From the NCBI RefSeq assembly GCF_034670005.1, contig NZ_JAXMOH010000006.1:114601-178600 (forward strand): 64,000 nt of DNA, given 5' to 3'. This DNA is from Thalassovita sp. (lineage in GTDB: Bacteria; Pseudomonadota; Alphaproteobacteria; Rhodobacterales; Rhodobacteraceae). Within the stretch, counting starts at the first letter, position 1. Each line of letters starts with the position of its first letter. Made by a program: the position numbers and the translations under genes. The notes beneath the pieces were generated by a model. That model did no database searches, was not told the DNA's origin, and was given only the letters and a program-made list of their open reading frames with translations. This document shows positions 1 through 10,638 of this stretch, one piece after another.

Positions 1-1162
1 TGACCGGATCGCAGGTCATGCCCAGATGGTGTTCCAGCGCGATCTCGGCGGCGTTTTCGATCTGCTCGGGCGTGCCACCCAATACGGCGCACAGCCCGGC
101 TGCCCCCATCGCGGCGGCGCTGCCGACTTCGGCCTGACACCCGGCTTCGGCCCCCGAAATCGATGCGTTATGCTTGATCAGCCCGCCGATGGCGGCCGAT
201 GTCAGCAGGAAATCGTCGATCCGTGTCAGGCTTGCCCCCGGCACATGATCGAGCCAATAGCGGATAACGGCGGGCATCACCCCGGATGCGCCATTGGTGG
301 GGGCGGTCACGACCTGCCCGCCGGCGGCGTTTTCTTCGTTCACGGCGATGGCATAGGTGCTGATCCAGTCATTGATCACATGCGGCGCGGACAAATTCAG
401 GCCACGCTCAGCCAACAGCGCCTCATGGATCGCTTTCGCCCGTCGTTTGACGTGCAAACCGCCGGGCAATTCGCCTTCGGTCGTTAATCCGCGTTCGATA
501 CAGGCATCCATCACCTGCCAAATTCGGGTCAGCCCGGTTTTCAGGTTCTGCTGACCGCAGCGCGATGCCTCGTTGGCGGTTTTCATCGCCGCGATGGTTT
601 TGCCGGAATTTTGCGCCATCTCCAGCATTTCAGCGGCGGTCTTGAACGGGTAGGGCACCGGCGCGCCCTCGTCGGTATTCTTGCCCGCCGCCAGCTCGGC
701 CTCGGTCATCACGAAACCGCCACCGATGGAATAGAAGGTCTCGCGCAAGATCACGTCGCCCTGTTTGTCGGTCGCCATCAGCACCATGCCATTGGCATGG
801 CCCGGCAGCGGCGGACCATAATCGAACACAAGGTCGGTTTCGGGATCGAAGGTCAGCACCGGCAGGTCCGCCGGGGTCACGGTCTTGGTGCGCCGGATGT
901 TCTCCAGCGCGGTCTCGCTGGCGGAAAAATCATAGCTCTCGGGCTGGAACCCGGCAAAGCCCAGAATCGTGGCACGGTCGGTGGCGTGACCGACCCCGGT
1001 AAAGGCCAGCGATCCGTGCAACGACGCGCGCAGCCCGGCAAATTCGAACGGCGAGGCGCGCATCATGTCCAGAAACCGCGCCGCCGCCACCATCGGCCCC
1101 ATCGTATGGGACGAAGACGGACCAACGCCGATCTTGAACATGTCGAAAACCGATAGGAACAT
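1..1162 (-). CDS. sdaA: L-serine ammonia-lyase (L-serine dehydratase); C-terminus runs off the left edge
   Basis: Absent from the ORF track because no stop lies in the window. Reverse-strand translation from ATG at 1162 gives [23 protein letters not shown]...[21 protein letters not shown], the canonical Fe-S serine dehydratase sequence. Confidence 0.9.
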   Translation of the reverse strand, partial: MFLSVFDMFKIGVGPSSSHTMGPMVAAARFLDMMRASPFEFAGLRASLHGSLAFTGVGHATDRATILGFAGFQPESYDFSASETALENIRRTKTVTPADLPVLTFDPETDLVFDYGPPLPGHANGMVLMATDKQGDVILRETFYSIGGGFVMTEAELAAGKNTDEGAPVPYPFKTAAEMLEMAQNSGKTIAAMKTANEASRCGQQNLKTGLTRIWQVMDACIERGLTTEGELPGGLHVKRRAKAIHEALLAERGLNLSAPHVINDWISTYAIAVNEENAAGGQVVTAPTNGASGVMPAVIRYWLDHVPGASLTRIDDFLLTSAAIGGLIKHNASISGAEAGCQAEVGSAAAMGAAGLCAVLGGTPEQIENAAEIALEHHLGMTCDPV

Positions 1163-1394
1163 TCCCGGCCATCCCTTCTTGCAGCGCCTGTGATGTCAGA
1201 AGCCTAGCGTCGCCCGTCCCCAACCGGCCACAGAAAAACGACCCATGCGGGAACAAACGCGCATCCCGGGCCGCAATCGGGCATTCAGGAAATATCAATA
1301 TCCGCTGTGTCATTTTTTATCGACAGGCCGATCCCGGCGGTCCCGATCCGCCCCGGGGTTTCGTGATGACTTCGAAAACTGCAGCAGGGGACCC

Positions 1395-2414
1395 ATGCCG
1401 ACACTTTCAGCCCTAGGGGCAAATGATCTTAACCTGTCCGGCCCCGACCCATTCCTGTCAGGAACCGGACGCAATACCAGCAGTTTCGACAGCACCACTT
1501 TCACCGTGAATGCCGATGCATGGACAGACCTGAGCCTGCGCGACAAGGATCTGGATTTCGAGGATGAAGATCATCGTCAGAGGCTTGCGACTGATACCGA
1601 ATTTGCAGGACAAACATGGTCCCGCGGCACCGTTGTCACCAATGAATACAGCTATATCGTGCGCCCGGCCGGATCGACTGCCCCCGATGCCGAAGTGACA
1701 CTGTATGTGCTCGATTTCGATGGCCAGATCACCGGCGTCGCCTCCGATAGCCGTCTGGTGCCCGGGATCACCTATGAAATCATCCCGGGCGGCAGCGATT
1801 ATCCGACGGTCCGTTATTCCGATCTGGCAATATGCTTTGCCCCGGGGACGCAAATCCTGACCACCAAAGGATATCTGCCGGTGCAGCATCTGCGCGAGGG
1901 CGACAGGGTCGAAACGCTGGATGACGGGCCGCAACCTCTGGCCTGGATCGGAGCGCAGGACATGCGCGGCATCATGGCCTTTGCGCCGGTGCGCGTCGGC
2001 AAGGGGATATTGGGCAATTCCCGGCCCTTGCTGTTGTCGCAACAGCACCGGGTTCTGATCCGGCCGGGGCAGGGCATTATCCTGTCCCAGCGCGAAGAAA
2101 CGCTCGTGCCGGTCAAATCCCTGATCGGGCAACGCGGGGTGACTTTGGCGCCGCGGGCCAGGATCAGGTATTACCACCTGTTATTCGACCGGCATCAGGT
2201 CATCTGGGCCAACGGGGCGCTGACCGAAAGCCTGCTGCCGGGCCCGATGGCGATCCGGGCGCTCAGTACCGAGGACCGAACGCGGCTGTTCCGGACCTTT
2301 CCCGATTTGCAGCGGACCCCGGACTGGCCGCCGGCGCGCAATCTGCTGCAACCGGCGCAATACCGGCGCCTGACCCGAAAACAGCACGAATTGTTGTCAC
2401 AGGGTGTTTGGTAA
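1395..2414 (+). CDS. Hint (Hedgehog/intein-like, bacterial intein-like) domain protein
   Basis: ATG at 1395 follows AGGGGA. The C-terminal half has the Hint_2-type signature AICFAPGTQILTTKGYLPVQHLREGDRVETLDDGPQPLAWIG...HLLFDRHQVIWANGALTESLLPG. The N-terminal ~146 aa are unrecognisable. Confidence 0.8.
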   Translation: MPTLSALGANDLNLSGPDPFLSGTGRNTSSFDSTTFTVNADAWTDLSLRDKDLDFEDEDHRQRLATDTEFAGQTWSRGTVVTNEYSYIVRPAGSTAPDAEVTLYVLDFDGQITGVASDSRLVPGITYEIIPGGSDYPTVRYSDLAICFAPGTQILTTKGYLPVQHLREGDRVETLDDGPQPLAWIGAQDMRGIMAFAPVRVGKGILGNSRPLLLSQQHRVLIRPGQGIILSQREETLVPVKSLIGQRGVTLAPRARIRYYHLLFDRHQVIWANGALTESLLPGPMAIRALSTEDRTRLFRTFPDLQRTPDWPPARNLLQPAQYRRLTRKQHELLSQGVW

Positions 2415-2504
2415 GCGTGGTTTCACCAGTCCCGGCCTATTTGACACTCGCACCCAAGCGGCAACTTTCCTATAAGCGACCCAAATTGAGACGGAGTCGC
2501 TGAC

Positions 2505-3293
2505 ATGACCGGAGAATTGTCGCCCATCGACAAGGCCAAATTCGTAGCCGCCAAGAAATCGGTGGAATTCGTAGAAGACGGAATGCGCGTCGGTCTGGGG
2601 ACCGGATCGACCGCCGCTTGGATGGTGCGCTGTCTGGGCGAACTGGTGCGCGAAGACGGGCTTAAGATCCGCGGCGTGCCGACCTCGACCCGTACCGCCG
2701 CTCTGGCCCGCGAAGTCGGCATCGAGGTGATCAGCCTGGACGAAGCCCGCTGGCTCGACGTCACCATCGACGGGGCGGATGAATTCGACGCCGAATTCAA
2801 CCTGATCAAGGGCGGCGGCGGCGCGTTGCTGCAGGAAAAGATCGTCGCCACCGCCAGCGACCGGATGATCGTGATTTCCGACGTCAGCAAGGAAGTCGAA
2901 AATCTCGGTGCCTTCCCGTTGCCGGTCGAGGTGATCCCGTTCGGCTGGCAGACGTCCAAGGCGTTGGTCGAAGAAATGCTCGACAGCATGGATGTGCTGG
3001 GCCAGTCCTCGACCCTGCGTATGAATGGCGACAGTCCGTTTTTCACCGACGAGGGTAACCACATCATCGACCTGCACCTGACCCGGATCGGCAATCCGCG
3101 CCAATTGGCGATGGTGCTGAACCAGATCCCCGGCGTGGTGGAAAACGGTCTGTTCATTGACATCTGCGACACGGTGATCGTGGGCTTCGGCGATGGTCGG
3201 GTGCAGGTGCGCGACATCAATGACGACTCGGTGGAAGAAGACAAACTGGAATTCGTCGACAGCGACAACCTGTTCACCGACCTGGGTGACTAA
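2505..3293 (+). CDS. rpiA: ribose-5-phosphate isomerase A
   Basis: Motifs GLGTGSTA, DGADE and KGGGGALLQEK; full-length ORF. Confidence 0.93.
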   Translation: MTGELSPIDKAKFVAAKKSVEFVEDGMRVGLGTGSTAAWMVRCLGELVREDGLKIRGVPTSTRTAALAREVGIEVISLDEARWLDVTIDGADEFDAEFNLIKGGGGALLQEKIVATASDRMIVISDVSKEVENLGAFPLPVEVIPFGWQTSKALVEEMLDSMDVLGQSSTLRMNGDSPFFTDEGNHIIDLHLTRIGNPRQLAMVLNQIPGVVENGLFIDICDTVIVGFGDGRVQVRDINDDSVEEDKLEFVDSDNLFTDLGD

Positions 3294-3490
3294 GCATGAC
3301 GGAAGCAGACCTGCTCACCCTTCAATAAGACTGCGGCCCGGAACAAGGCCGCTTGCCCGGCTTCGCTCTTTGCCTGAACCCTTCGCGGGCCACGGGGGGG
3401 CAAATAGCTGTGGGTTGCGGGTTGGAACTTCTCCGCCGACGACTTAGATGTGGCCGTAACCGAAGTCTTCAGAACGAAAGATAGCTTCCC

Positions 3491-4852
3491 ATGAGTTTCG
3501 ACTATGACCTCTTCGTGATCGGCGGCGGATCGGGCGGCGTGCGCGCGGCCCGGGTAGCGGCGGGCGATACCGGCGCCAAGGTCGCCCTGGCCGAGGAAGA
3601 CCGCTATGGCGGTACCTGTGTGATCCGCGGCTGCGTGCCGAAAAAGCTGATGGTCTTTGCCTCGGAATTTCCCGGCATGGCGGAAGAGGCCCGCGCCTAT
3701 GGTTGGGACATGCCCACCGGGGCGTTCGACTGGGGCGGGTTCAGGACCAAGCTGCATGCCGAACTGGACCGGTTGGAAGGTATCTATCGCAACATCCTCA
3801 AAAACAATGGCGTCGAAAGCTTCGACGCCCGCGCCAGGGTGGTCGATGCCCATACGGTGGAACTCAGCACCGGCGAACGCAAAACCGCCAAGCATATCCT
3901 GCTGGCGATGGGCGGACGCCCGGTGAAACCCGGCATCCCGGGCGAAGAACTGGGCATCACCTCGAACGACATCTTCCACCTCGACAAGCTGCCCGGATCG
4001 ATCCTGATCCTCGGCGGCGGCTATATCGCGTGTGAATTCGCCGGCGTGCTGAACGGGCTGGGCGTCGCTGTCACGCAGTTTTATCGCGGTGCGCAGATCC
4101 TGCGCGGGTTCGACGGCGAAGCCCGCGGGCTGGTCTCCGAGGAAATGATCCAGTCGGGGATTGATCTGCATCTGGGCACCAATATCCTGTCGATGACCCG
4201 CGATGCCTCCGGCGGCATCCGGGTCAAGGCCAGCAATGGCACCGAGCGGGTGTTCGATCAGATCATGTTCGCCACTGGCCGGGTGCCCAACAGCGACGAT
4301 ATGGGGCTGCAAGAGGTCGGCGTCAAACTAGGCCGTAACGGCAAGGTTCTGGTGGATGAATACAGCCAGACCGCGGTGCCTTCGATCTATGCTATCGGCG
4401 ATGTCACTGATCGGGTCAACCTGACACCCGTCGCGATCCGCGAAGGCATGGCCTTCGTCGAAACCGTGTTCCGGGGCAACCCGACCCCGGTCGATCACGA
4501 TCTGATCCCGACTGCCATCTTCACCCAGCCCGAAATGGGCACCGTGGGGCTGAGCGAAGAAGACGCCCGCGATCAAGGCCCGATCGAGGTCTATTGCAGT
4601 TCGTTCCGCCCGATGCGCAGCCTGTTTGCCGGCAGCGATGCAAGGGTTATGATGAAGCTGATCGTATGCGCCGATACCCGCAAGGTTCTGGGTTGTCACA
4701 TCGTCGCGCCGGGGGCGGGCGAAATGATCCAACTGGCCGGAATTGCGGTCAAAATGGGGGCGACCAAGGAAGATTTCGACCGTACAGTGGCGGTGCATCC
4801 GACCATGGCGGAAGAAATCGTCACCATGAAAGCGCCGGTTCGGCGCGCTTAA
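3491..4852 (+). CDS. gor: glutathione-disulfide reductase
   Basis: FAD fold GGGSGG, redox-active GGTCVIRGCVPKK, C-terminal VAVHPTMAEEIVTM. Confidence 0.9.
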   Translation: MSFDYDLFVIGGGSGGVRAARVAAGDTGAKVALAEEDRYGGTCVIRGCVPKKLMVFASEFPGMAEEARAYGWDMPTGAFDWGGFRTKLHAELDRLEGIYRNILKNNGVESFDARARVVDAHTVELSTGERKTAKHILLAMGGRPVKPGIPGEELGITSNDIFHLDKLPGSILILGGGYIACEFAGVLNGLGVAVTQFYRGAQILRGFDGEARGLVSEEMIQSGIDLHLGTNILSMTRDASGGIRVKASNGTERVFDQIMFATGRVPNSDDMGLQEVGVKLGRNGKVLVDEYSQTAVPSIYAIGDVTDRVNLTPVAIREGMAFVETVFRGNPTPVDHDLIPTAIFTQPEMGTVGLSEEDARDQGPIEVYCSSFRPMRSLFAGSDARVMMKLIVCADTRKVLGCHIVAPGAGEMIQLAGIAVKMGATKEDFDRTVAVHPTMAEEIVTMKAPVRRA

Positions 4853-4928
4853 CGGTTGAAATTTCTGCCAGATTGCACAGTTTTAGTGCAAGCTGGTAAA
4901 ATGACATAACAGAAAGGTTCACAAGCCA

Positions 4929-6068
4929 ATGGCAGGCAATTCGGGCGGCCCCTGGGGCGGCGGCGGAAATAGAGGCGGCGATGATGACCGCAATAACGGG
5001 GGCGGGCGCCGTCCTCAGGATGACGGGCCGCAAATTCCCGAAATCGACGAGTTGATGAAAAAAGGTCAGGAACAGTTGCGCGTGCTGATGGGCGGGCGCG
5101 GCGGGTCTGGCGGACGTGGGACGTCCGGCGGCGGCGGTGGCCCGAAACTGACCAAGGGAACCTTCGGTCTGGGCGCTTTGGTGCTGGTCGCGCTCTGGGC
5201 TTTTGGCAGCTTCTATACCGTCAAACCCGAAGAACAGTCGGTCGAATTGATGCTGGGCAAATATAACGCGACCGGCAATCCGGGTCTGAACTTTGCGCCC
5301 TGGCCGATCGTGACCGCCGAAGTGGTCAACGTGACCTCGGAACGGACCGAAAGCATCGGTCTGTCGCGGGCCGGTCAGGATGCCGGGCTGATGCTGACCA
5401 CCGATGCCAATATCGTGGATATTGATTTTCAGGTGGTGTGGAACATCAACGATCCGGCCAAGCTTCTGTTCAACATTGCCGACCCGCGCCTGACCGTTCA
5501 GGCGGTGTCGGAATCTGTGATGCGCGAAATCATCGCGGCCAGTAACCTGGCACCGATCCTGAACCGTGACCGCGGCATCATCGCCGACACCGTCAAGGAA
5601 AACATCCAGGCCAGCCTCGACGAATATGAAAGCGGCATCAACATCGTCCGGGTCAACCTTGAAAAGGCCGATCCGCCGCGTGAAGTGATCGACAGTTTCC
5701 GCGAAGTGCAGGCCGCCGAACAGGAACGCGACCGGTTGCAGCGTCAGGCCGATGCCTATGCCAACCGCGTGTTGGCCGAAGCCCGCGGTAAGGCGGCGCA
5801 GACGCAGGAAGAGGCCGAGGCCTACCGTGCCCAGGTCGTCAACGACGCCTTGGGTGAAGCCAGCCGGTTCAGCGCAGTGCTGGAAGAATACAACAAAGCA
5901 CCGGATGTGACCCGCAAGCGTCTCTATCTGGAAACCATGGAAAAGGTACTGGGCGGAGTCGATAAGATGATCCTCGACAGCGCCATAACCGGGGCCGGTG
6001 GCGGTCAGGGCGTGGTGCCCTATCTGCCGCTCAACGAGCTGCGCCGTACCGATGGGGAGAACAAGTGA
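4929..6068 (+). CDS. hflK: FtsH protease modulator HflK
   Basis: Gly-rich N-terminus, one TM segment, SPFH/band-7 domain; directly followed by hflC. Confidence 0.9.
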   Translation: MAGNSGGPWGGGGNRGGDDDRNNGGGRRPQDDGPQIPEIDELMKKGQEQLRVLMGGRGGSGGRGTSGGGGGPKLTKGTFGLGALVLVALWAFGSFYTVKPEEQSVELMLGKYNATGNPGLNFAPWPIVTAEVVNVTSERTESIGLSRAGQDAGLMLTTDANIVDIDFQVVWNINDPAKLLFNIADPRLTVQAVSESVMREIIAASNLAPILNRDRGIIADTVKENIQASLDEYESGINIVRVNLEKADPPREVIDSFREVQAAEQERDRLQRQADAYANRVLAEARGKAAQTQEEAEAYRAQVVNDALGEASRFSAVLEEYNKAPDVTRKRLYLETMEKVLGGVDKMILDSAITGAGGGQGVVPYLPLNELRRTDGENK

Positions 6069-6946
6069 TGCGGAAAATGACTCTATTGATCCCGATCCTT
6101 GTCATTGCCCTGATCGGCGTTCTGTCATCGCTTTTTGTCGTGGACGAACGTGAAAAGGCGCTGGTGCTGCAATTTGGCCAGATCAAGGCGGTGAAGGAAG
6201 ACCCCGGTCTCAGCTTCAAGATTCCGCTGATTCAGGAAGTCGTGAAATACGACGACCGTATCCTGTCGCTGGACACCGAAACCATCGAGGTGACGCCGTC
6301 CGATGACCGCCGGCTGGTGGTCGATGCCTTCACCCGCTACCGGATCAGCGACGTGGTCCAGTTCCGTCAGGCCGTCGGCGTCGGTGGCGTTCGGGTGGCC
6401 GAAGACCGGCTCGGTTCGATCCTGAATTCGCAAATCCGCGAAGTTCTCGGCGCGGATCAGGTGACCTCCGACACGATCCTGTCCGAAGATCGCCGCGAAT
6501 TGATGAACCGGATCCGTAATCAGGCCCGCGACAGCGCGCGCAGCCTTGGTATCGAAGTGGTCGATGTGCGGCTCAAGCAGACCAACCTGCCGGAACAGAA
6601 CCTCAACGCGACCTTTGCCCGGATGCGGGCGGAACGCGAACGCGAAGCGGCCGATGAAATCGCCCGCGGTAACGAAGCGGCGCAAAGGGTGCGGGCACTG
6701 GCCGACCGGACCGTGGTTGAAACCATGTCCGAAGCGGAACGCGAAGCGCAGGTGATCCGTGGTGAGGCCGATGCGAAACGGAACGGCATCTTTGCCGAAG
6801 CCTTCGGTTCCGATCCTGAATTCTTCGCCTTCTACCGGTCATTGCAGGCCTATGAGAAAGCATTGCAGGGCAACAATTCGACGATGGTGATGACGCCGGA
6901 TAGCGAATTCTTCGACTATCTGAAATCGGACCGGGCGGCGAAGTAA
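6068..6946 (+). CDS. hflC: FtsH protease modulator HflC
   Basis: SPFH domain. ATG at 6068 overlaps the hflK TGA; the GTG at 6065 used by the ORF track is an alternative start. Confidence 0.9.
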   Translation: MRKMTLLIPILVIALIGVLSSLFVVDEREKALVLQFGQIKAVKEDPGLSFKIPLIQEVVKYDDRILSLDTETIEVTPSDDRRLVVDAFTRYRISDVVQFRQAVGVGGVRVAEDRLGSILNSQIREVLGADQVTSDTILSEDRRELMNRIRNQARDSARSLGIEVVDVRLKQTNLPEQNLNATFARMRAEREREAADEIARGNEAAQRVRALADRTVVETMSEAEREAQVIRGEADAKRNGIFAEAFGSDPEFFAFYRSLQAYEKALQGNNSTMVMTPDSEFFDYLKSDRAAK

Positions 6947-7140
6947 TGCAAACCGCGCTTCTGGCTCTCGGGCTGGTGCTGATTGTAGAGGGGCTGGCCT
7001 ATGCGCTGGCCCCTTCTCTTGTGGTGCAGGTGCTTGAAATGTTGCGCGCCCTGCCCGAATCCACCCGCCGCAATATCGGACTGGGGGCGCTTGCCATCGG
7101 TCTGTTGCTGGTCTGGATCGCCAAAACGCTGGGGGCGTGA
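6946..7140 (+). CDS. DUF2065 small membrane protein
   Basis: 64 aa with two hydrophobic helices. Its ATG overlaps the hflC TAA, the usual position for this family after hflC. Confidence 0.75.
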   Translation: MQTALLALGLVLIVEGLAYALAPSLVVQVLEMLRALPESTRRNIGLGALAIGLLLVWIAKTLGA

Positions 7141-7230
7141 TCTGATTGGGCGCCCGTACCGGGCGCGCAGTATTCCTCACCGGTCGGCCTGCGGCCTCCG
7201 CCTCGGGCGGTTGCGATGTGACGCAGAGTT

Positions 7231-7656
7231 TCAGCCGCTTTTCACCGCTTCAAGGATGTCGCGCAGCGGCGTAACCGGAAGGGCGGTCATCCGTCCGTCG
7301 CGGTCGCCGAACAGGCCGCGCACTTCTTCACCTTTCAGCAATACGCGATCCCCGATCCGCACTTGATAGGGCAGGGTGAAACTGCGCTCCCGCCAGTTCG
7401 GCGCGGCCATTTCGACGCTGATCAGGTCGCCGTCGTGCCCGGGGCTGAGAAATTTCGCATCCGCTGACATCAACCCGATCCCGCGTGCGCCCAACCGTTC
7501 GCACAGGGCGGCGTGCCCGCCATGCCGGTGTAGCAGAAAGGTATGAAAACAGCGGTCCAGCCAACGGAAGTAGTTGGGATAAAAAACAATCCCTGCCGCA
7601 TCGCAATGGCCGAAACTGATCTGCACCTCGATGGCAAAGCTTTGCGCGCCGGGCAT
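7231..7656 (-). CDS. acyl-CoA thioesterase, 4HBT/YbgC-like hotdog fold
   Basis: From the internal ATG at 7656: MPGAQSFAIEVQISFGHCDAAGIVFYPNYFRWLD... The 83-aa upstream extension in the track is low-complexity and covers a repeat element. Confidence 0.8.
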   Translation of the reverse strand: MPGAQSFAIEVQISFGHCDAAGIVFYPNYFRWLDRCFHTFLLHRHGGHAALCERLGARGIGLMSADAKFLSPGHDGDLISVEMAAPNWRERSFTLPYQVRIGDRVLLKGEEVRGLFGDRDGRMTALPVTPLRDILEAVKSG

Positions 7657-7858
7657 GTCTGATTTCCCTCTTCTGTCCCCGGACCGGGTCCGGCAAATTT
7701 GCGTCAGTCGCGCCTGCCTGTGCAAGCTATATCCGGCTGTCTTCCCCAAATTGACGCCGCGCCCCGTCCGCCGGCCAACAAGACCGCCCCTGCCATTCTT
7801 TCGCGGCGGAGCGGCAGCGGTGTTGGCAGCCGGAGTTGCCGTTTGTCTTTGCTGCTGT

Positions 7859-7903
7859 TTCTTCTTGGGTGAAATACTCCGGGGGTTTGGGGGCAGCGCC
7901 CCC
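7859..7903. repeat. short interspersed repeat copy (TTCTTCTTGGGTGAAATACTC plus GC hairpin GGGGGC-AGC-GCCCCC)
   Basis: 16/21 identity to the terminal repeats at 49494-49514. Lies in the 437-bp gap between the thioesterase and degP. Confidence 0.5.
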
Positions 7904-8093
7904 ATTCTGCTTTGACCTGGCCCATTTGTGACAGTTCTGCGTCAACGCATGATCACGCTCAGTTGAGGCCAAGAGAGCCAGATTGAGTTGCACATTACGA
8001 CGGCAGCATGGATGGTGGCCGCAGAACACTCAGAACAGAGGAGTTAAGGGAGTGAACAGTCTTACAGTTTCAATTCCCCGCAACCACGATAGC

Positions 8094-9512
8094 ATGATCA
8101 GGGCATTTTGGGTCGGCTTGCTTGCCGGTCTGCTGATGCTTGCACAGACGCTTCAGGCCGCCGCGCGTCCTGACAGCCTGGCCGACCTGGCCAGCCAGAT
8201 CAGCGATTCAGTGGTCAATATCACCACGACGACCGTGGTGGCGGGCAATGCCGGACCCAACCCGATCGTACCAGAAGGTAGCCCGTTCGAAGATTTCTTT
8301 CGTGAATTCCAGGACCGCAACAAGAACGGCGACCGGCCACGCCGGTCTTCGGCACTTGGCTCGGGCTTCGTGATTTCCGAAGACGGCTATATCGTCACCA
8401 ACAATCACGTGATCGAAAGCGCCGACGAGATCGTGATCGAATTTTTCTCCGGCGAAGAACTCGAAGCCACCGTCATCGGCACCGATCCCAACACCGATAT
8501 CGCCCTGCTCAAGGTCGAAGCGGATAAACCGCTGCCCTATGTCAGCTTTGGCGACAGCGATACCGCACGGGTCGGCGACTGGGTGATGGCGATGGGCAAC
8601 CCGCTGGGACAGGGCTTTTCTGTTTCCGCCGGGATCGTATCGGCACGTAACCGGGCGCTTTCAGGCAGCTATGACGATTACATTCAGACCGATGCGGCGA
8701 TCAACCGGGGCAATTCCGGCGGTCCGCTGTTCAACATGGATGGCGACGTGGTCGGCGTGAATACCGCGATCCTCAGCCCCAATGGCGGCTCGATCGGGAT
8801 CGGGTTTTCGATGGCCTCCAACGTGGTCAGCCGCGTGGTCGACCAGTTGCGGGAATACGGCGAAACCCGCCGTGGCTGGCTCGGCGTGCGCATTCAGGAT
8901 GTGACCGACGACGTGGCCGAAGCGATGGGGCTGCAAAAAACCAAGGGCGCTCTGGTCACCGATGTGCCCGATGGTCCGGCCAAGGATGGCGGCATGTTGC
9001 AGGGCGACGTGATCACCAGCTTCGACGGGGTCGAGGTCGCAGATACCCGGGCGCTGGTGCGCCAGGTCGGCAATACCGATGTTGGTAAGGCGGTCCGTGT
9101 GGTGGTGTTCCGTGACGGCAAGACCGAGACGCTGAAGATCACCCTAGGACGCCGCGAAGAAGCCGAAGCGATCCCTGCGGCGCAGACTCAAAACGCCGAA
9201 CCGGAGGCACCGAAGGAAATGCTGGGTCTGTCACTCAGCCCGGTCACTCCGAAGCTGACCGAGGAACTCAAGCTCAAACCCAATACCCAAGGGCTTGTCG
9301 TTCTGGATGTGGATGAAACCACCGAAGCCTATGAAAAAGGGCTGCGCGCCGGTGATCTGATTGCCGAAGCCGGTCAGCAGAAACTGACCTCGGTTCAGGA
9401 CCTGCAGGACCGGGTAGACGAAGCCCGCGATGCCGGTCGCAAATCGCTGCTGCTGCTGGTGCGTCGCGCCGGCGAGCCGCGCTTTGTCGCCTTGTCGGTC
9501 AAGCAAGACTGA
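8094..9512 (+). CDS. periplasmic serine endoprotease, DegP/HtrA (Do) family
   Basis: Signal peptide MIRAFWVGLLAGLLMLAQTLQAAA, catalytic GNSGGPL, two PDZ-like regions. GTG at 8052 after GGAG is an alternative start. Confidence 0.9.
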   Translation: MIRAFWVGLLAGLLMLAQTLQAAARPDSLADLASQISDSVVNITTTTVVAGNAGPNPIVPEGSPFEDFFREFQDRNKNGDRPRRSSALGSGFVISEDGYIVTNNHVIESADEIVIEFFSGEELEATVIGTDPNTDIALLKVEADKPLPYVSFGDSDTARVGDWVMAMGNPLGQGFSVSAGIVSARNRALSGSYDDYIQTDAAINRGNSGGPLFNMDGDVVGVNTAILSPNGGSIGIGFSMASNVVSRVVDQLREYGETRRGWLGVRIQDVTDDVAEAMGLQKTKGALVTDVPDGPAKDGGMLQGDVITSFDGVEVADTRALVRQVGNTDVGKAVRVVVFRDGKTETLKITLGRREEAEAIPAAQTQNAEPEAPKEMLGLSLSPVTPKLTEELKLKPNTQGLVVLDVDETTEAYEKGLRAGDLIAEAGQQKLTSVQDLQDRVDEARDAGRKSLLLLVRRAGEPRFVALSVKQD

Positions 9513-9537
9513 CAAAGCTTTCGACCGAAACGAATAA

Positions 9538-9564
9538 AGGCCGCTTGTAACAAGCGGCCTTTTT
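9538..9564 (+). terminator. intrinsic terminator after the degP-like gene
   Basis: AGGCCGCTTG-TAA-CAAGCGGCCT followed by TTTTT. Confidence 0.8.
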
Positions 9565-9587
9565 CATGCGGGGCACAGGGCGCCGGA

Positions 9588-10139
9588 TCAGCCATCGGGG
9601 TTTTCAACCGCGATCAGCCCCAGTTTCCGCGCTGCCGCCAGTGACAGAATGCCTGAATCCAACCCTTGCGGTTTTTGGTATTTGCGGATCGCGGCGCGGG
9701 TCCGGGCATCCATTTCGCCGCTGAGCGCGCCATAATAGACCCCGCGCGCTTTCAGTGCTCGCTGCAAGGTCTCGACGAATTCAACCGTAAGACTGTCGCT
9801 GCATGGCGTTTCGAACCAGGTTTCCTTGCGTTCCCGCACAACAGCCTGATGAACCTCGGTTTTATAGATCGCGGGCTCTATGACGCTGCCATCGGCCAGA
9901 ATTTCCGCCGGTTGCAGCATGATCTGTTCGGTCACGGTTTCATAGATTGCCGGCACCACATGTTTGCCCCAGCAACTGTTCGGATCGGCCCCCGGCGGTG
10001 CGGTTTCGACCTGCCGGGTGACCTCTGGTTCCGGTGTGATCGACGGCAACGGCAGTGAACTTCCGCACCCTGCAAGCAGGCCGCAGACCCCGATGAGGCC
10101 CGAAATGGGGGACAGGATACGCATTGCTCGATAACTCAT
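9588..10139 (-). CDS. lipoprotein with C-terminal peptidoglycan-binding domain
   Basis: Lipobox LLAGCGSS. The C-terminus ALKARGVYYGALSGEMDARTRAAIRKYQKPQGL resembles PG_binding_1. Start taken at the internal ATG at 10139. Confidence 0.7.
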   Translation of the reverse strand: MSYRAMRILSPISGLIGVCGLLAGCGSSLPLPSITPEPEVTRQVETAPPGADPNSCWGKHVVPAIYETVTEQIMLQPAEILADGSVIEPAIYKTEVHQAVVRERKETWFETPCSDSLTVEFVETLQRALKARGVYYGALSGEMDARTRAAIRKYQKPQGLDSGILSLAAARKLGLIAVENPDG

Positions 10140-10281
10140 GACGTTTTTTATTCCATTCAGTGTAGCTTGTTTGACCTTTTGGCGAAAGAGACTTGAACGC
10201 CTCCGAAACACAGGTGCTAAACGGGTCTTCACGCAAAAGGGACTGGTCACCGGTGCCCAGCTTGGCTAGGAAGTTTGTTGA

Positions 10282-10637
<356 letters not shown>

Positions 10638-10638
<1 letters not shown>

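Noticed and set aside
7657-7905. N-terminal extensions proposed by the ORF track, for example 7231-7905, 55496-56857, 37005-38084, 60182-60796, 15588-16667 and 28967-30934.
   Set aside because: The extensions are low-complexity or overlap other genes or repeats, whereas internal ATGs with RBS-like sequences reproduce the canonical N-termini of the families. The track also marks GTG/TTG as M, as at 6065, 19116, 52833, 53772 and 60788.
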